DNA of 64,000 bases from an uncultured archaeon (GTDB lineage Archaea; Thermoplasmatota; Thermoplasmata; Thermoplasmatales; Thermoplasmataceae). The position numbers and the translations under genes are program-made. The notes under the pieces were generated by a model, which did no database searches, was not told the origin of the DNA, and worked only from the letters and a program-made list of their open reading frames with translations. Each line of letters starts with the position of its first letter. The stretch's first letter is position 1. Below, in pieces: positions 61,276-64,000 of this stretch. The stretch covers positions 832,001 through 896,000 of the forward strand of contig CP009479.1 in NCBI GenBank assembly GCA_000965745.1, read 5' to 3'.

Positions 61276-61404
61276 ACTCCTATTCTTATCATTTTTCAAA
61301 ACCTAACTTATCCTTGAAAACACTGACTTTCCAAACGATTTTATGGCTAAAACATACGAGGTAGGTATATATATGGTTGGCAGGCTGTTTCAGCCAGGTG
61401 ATCT

Positions 61405-62271
61405 ATGGAAAAATTGAAACCTAAACTAAAACGGTTCACCATTTTCGGGTTCCTGGCGGTCATGATCGCCGTGATTGCGCTGCCAGTGGGAACCTCGTTT
61501 GCCCAGGGCATCAGTGGGCATGGAAACACTCAACTGTACTCCACTCAGTTCGTGTCAGAGGCCCTGGCAATGCAGAATGGTACAACTACCTACAGCGCAC
61601 TGCCCTTCAGTTCTGTGAATGGTTCATATACCATTTCAAACAGCTACCTGGTCGCAGGAGTCAACAACACAACTTTCACGGAGAATTACGGTGTAGTCTA
61701 TCTTGCATCGAATATAACATTCAGCGAACTTTCATCTCACTCAGTCAACAAGCTTGTTGCACACATATCTCCAGTCTCCAACATCACAGCAGAACTTGGA
61801 TTTGGGTCTGCATCAGTGACACCTAACGGAACATCTCTCTCATTCACGCCACTGCTTTCACAGAACACCACGGGAACAAATGGCTCTGCAACAATGACAT
61901 TCAACCTTAACCCAGCTGAGCTCTCTGAAAACTCAACAGATGTTGTCGTTCTCAAGCTCCAGTTCACCAATGCATCATCATCGTTTTCAGCCTCAGGCTA
62001 TGTTCTAGGCACCCAGAACGCTGAACCATGGTACATAGCAGGCGAATCTGCAGCCTATGCAGTTGGCGGAACTCTGCTCTTTGCATTCGGATTTCTTGCA
62101 CTCCCACACCTTGACATCAAGGTCAACAAGGCTAAGCTCCCATCGCTCCCAAGGAAGAAGTCCAAGTCATCACGGAAGACACAGACAACTCAGTACAGGC
62201 AGCAGGTCCAGAGAGCAAAACAGGTGAACAGCAGCAACAGAAAGAACTCGAAAAAAGGAGGTCGAAAGTAA
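61405..62271 (+). CDS. Type I membrane glycoprotein with strongly basic C-terminal tail (putative virion protein)
   Basis: Signal peptide, about 11 N-x-S/T sequons, C-terminal TM, 18 K/R and no D/E in the last 50 aa; TATA-like GGTATATATAT upstream. Confidence 0.75.
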   Translation: MEKLKPKLKRFTIFGFLAVMIAVIALPVGTSFAQGISGHGNTQLYSTQFVSEALAMQNGTTTYSALPFSSVNGSYTISNSYLVAGVNNTTFTENYGVVYLASNITFSELSSHSVNKLVAHISPVSNITAELGFGSASVTPNGTSLSFTPLLSQNTTGTNGSATMTFNLNPAELSENSTDVVVLKLQFTNASSSFSASGYVLGTQNAEPWYIAGESAAYAVGGTLLFAFGFLALPHLDIKVNKAKLPSLPRKKSKSSRKTQTTQYRQQVQRAKQVNSSNRKNSKKGGRK

Positions 62272-62738
62272 TGGCAGACACAGACTACATGCTATACAAG
62301 CGGATTATCTCGAAGCGTATGAGTGTCGGTGCAACCATCCTGGCATCATTCCTGGTGCTCATAGAACTTGCACTGCTCTTCTCTAGACCGTCATTCGGAT
62401 TCGCTGGACATACCTACTACGTCAGCCAGGGTGTTGCAGCCTTTGCAATGCTCATTGGTGCACTCTTTTGGGCCATTGCAGAGATGTTCACACCCGCAGG
62501 AAGGACATTCTGGGCCCTGGCATCACGGTTCATAGTTGCATTCCTGATTGGCGGAATATTCGGCGGTATAGTCGGTTCAGTGAGTGATTTCGGGCAGCTT
62601 GTGCTGGTCCCTGCATCAAACGGAAACGGGCTTGCAATATTCATGCTCCTGGGGTATCTCTGGGTATTCATCGTCCTGGTATATTCCGGTGCATGGATGC
62701 ACGCCAAGAACTTTGTCAAGAGAGGTGGTAAGCAGTGA
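62271..62738 (+). CDS. Four-TM membrane protein (putative virion protein)
   Basis: TAATG overlap, AGGAGGT SD, four hydrophobic segments. Confidence 0.75.
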   Translation: MADTDYMLYKRIISKRMSVGATILASFLVLIELALLFSRPSFGFAGHTYYVSQGVAAFAMLIGALFWAIAEMFTPAGRTFWALASRFIVAFLIGGIFGGIVGSVSDFGQLVLVPASNGNGLAIFMLLGYLWVFIVLVYSGAWMHAKNFVKRGGKQ

Positions 62739-63085
62739 ATGTGGTAACGGCAATCGCAGCCAAGGTGCTCCCCGCAACAACAAGCGGCTCAGGGACATCC
62801 GGTCTTGGAATGACCATCTTCAACTCGATCTGGAAGTTGGTGATGGGATTCCTTGGCGGCATACTGGATGGGGTCAACCTTCTCATGAAGGATACCTTTG
62901 GCGGTATCGGCCAAGCGATCATGCAGGTATTCCAGTCCTGGGGATTCTCGGTGAACTCTCAGTTCGGTGTCTGGGCCCCTGTCGGACTCGTCCTGGTGCT
63001 TGGTGTAGCTGGAGCCCTGATATACGTCATGTTTGACGCAATCGGCATAGAGAAGGACGTGCTGCACGGGGAAGAAGACATATAG
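62735..63085 (+). CDS. Small hydrophobic protein, paralog 1
   Basis: Amphipathic helix plus FGVWAPVGLVLVL TM. Confidence 0.72.
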   Translation: MNVVTAIAAKVLPATTSGSGTSGLGMTIFNSIWKLVMGFLGGILDGVNLLMKDTFGGIGQAIMQVFQSWGFSVNSQFGVWAPVGLVLVLGVAGALIYVMFDAIGIEKDVLHGEEDI

Positions 63086-63102
63086 ATGGAGGGTGAAAAT
63101 AA

Positions 63103-63363
63103 TTGACACTCTCCATTCTCACTTTTTTTACCCAGATTTTCCAGTTCATAATTCAGGGATTGTTCGGTCTCATCAGCGGCTCTTTTGACTTCATTCTCTC
63201 GCTGGCAGGCAGCAGCATTCAGTCAGTGTCTGAACAGTTCGCACTGTCTGTTGAGGCATTCGGTATATGGTCCGTTCCGATGCTTGTTGTTGTCCTATCA
63301 ATCACTGCAATCGGAGTATATGCGATCTTATCAGGGAGCGAAATGGTGGAGGGTCTCATTTGA
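63103..63363 (+). CDS. Small hydrophobic protein, paralog 2
   Basis: TTG start with GGAGGGTGA SD; FGIWSVPMLVVVL TM. Confidence 0.72.
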   Translation: MTLSILTFFTQIFQFIIQGLFGLISGSFDFILSLAGSSIQSVSEQFALSVEAFGIWSVPMLVVVLSITAIGVYAILSGSEMVEGLI

Positions 63364-63695
63364 GCGTAGTCAGCTTCTTCCAGAATCTCGGTCAGCAGGC
63401 ATGGGGAGGTCTCACATGGCTCTACAATAATACAATAGGAGCAGGTCTGACTCTCTTTCAGAATGAAGTTCTGTCAGGTGCTGAATCCTTTGTCCTCAGC
63501 ATTGCATCAGCGGCGCTCTCATTCTTTGGACTCATACTGTCCACAATCAATGGGATATTCGCCAGCTTCTTCAGCTCAATAGTGTTTATCTCTGCCAGTT
63601 TGGGAGTTTGGGCATTGCCTGTGGTGGTGTTCATACTCTTGGCTGTTTTCATCGTTATGTACACGTTCATCAAGCTGGTTGTAGACCTTCTGTGA
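63360..63695 (+). CDS. Small hydrophobic protein, paralog 3
   Basis: TTGA overlap with GGAGG SD (start moved from 63267); LGVWALPVVVFIL TM. Confidence 0.72.
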   Translation: MSVVSFFQNLGQQAWGGLTWLYNNTIGAGLTLFQNEVLSGAESFVLSIASAALSFFGLILSTINGIFASFFSSIVFISASLGVWALPVVVFILLAVFIVMYTFIKLVVDLL

Positions 63696-63710
63696 ACTGT
63701 GAATTATTTT

Positions 63711-63726
63711 TGATACTACAGTATCA
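63711..63726. promoter_or_regulatory. Palindromic operator-like site B
   Basis: TGATACT-AC-AGTATCA, with extra half-sites at 63737 and 63914. Confidence 0.5.
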
Positions 63727-64000
63727 TTTTTTAACACAGTATCAGAAATAATGATAGAATGAAGCTCCCTGGCTCTCCCTCCCTGGTAGTCCAACCCTGG
63801 GACATCGAACCAATACATGGGAGACTAGCCCCGTTCCTCCATTTCTGATAGACTAATAATAATATAATAGCCCCAAGTGCGATTTTTTCGCGTACGCGTG
63901 ATCGGAATATTTGTGATACTGACTTTAGAAAGGTTCTCGAAAATACCCTAATCAATGTCTCATTAGTGCCGTATTTCAAACAACAATGTACAAAATATAG

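Larger units (their letters stand above)
54905..64000. mobile_element. Probable integrated provirus (left part; continues past window)
   Basis: Starts at the tRNA 3' end; accessory genes, RHH, D5/SF3 helicase, coupled small ORFs and membrane-protein module; no housekeeping genes; attR and integrase not in window. Confidence 0.8.

Noticed and set aside
63267-63359. Cys-rich N-terminus of ORF 63267-63695
   Set aside because: It overlaps paralog 2 in another frame; TTG 63360 has an SD and a stop-start overlap
57388-63726. TGATAC palindromes as XerA dif sites or att sites
   Set aside because: The central spacers differ and neither copy lies at the tRNA boundary; kept only as operator candidates
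1-64000. CRISPR array, rRNA genes, inteins in nrdJ or topA
   Set aside because: No regularly spaced repeats, no rRNA-like sequence, and protein lengths leave no room for inteins

Overview
Archaeal chromosome segment, most consistent with Thermoplasmatales: single GINS gene, exosome/proteasome superoperon, XerA, class II RNR, archaeal SAM synthetase and GGTGA/GGAGG Shine-Dalgarno motifs. Positions 1-54700 are mostly housekeeping genes plus the RNase P RNA. Three things interrupt them: a 2.94-kb cargo-carrying IS unit (23660-26595) with two right-end inverted repeats and an 8-bp target duplication, a decayed ferritin-like/encapsulin fusion gene, and a decayed ClC channel gene. From tRNA-Leu(GAG) (54820-54904) to the window end lies a probable integrated provirus. 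It carries a radical SAM + TcmP-like pair, an RHH regulator, a D5/SF3 helicase with no recognisable primase domain, and a module of membrane proteins that look like an enveloped virion. The most notable observation is a 63-aa ORF coupled to the helicase that is a stand-alone copy of the C-terminal B-domain of the host GINS protein encoded in this same window (21/46 identical by hand alignment). This suggests a GINS mimic or adaptor that co-opts the host replisome. All calls come from motif recognition and manual alignment; no searches were run.
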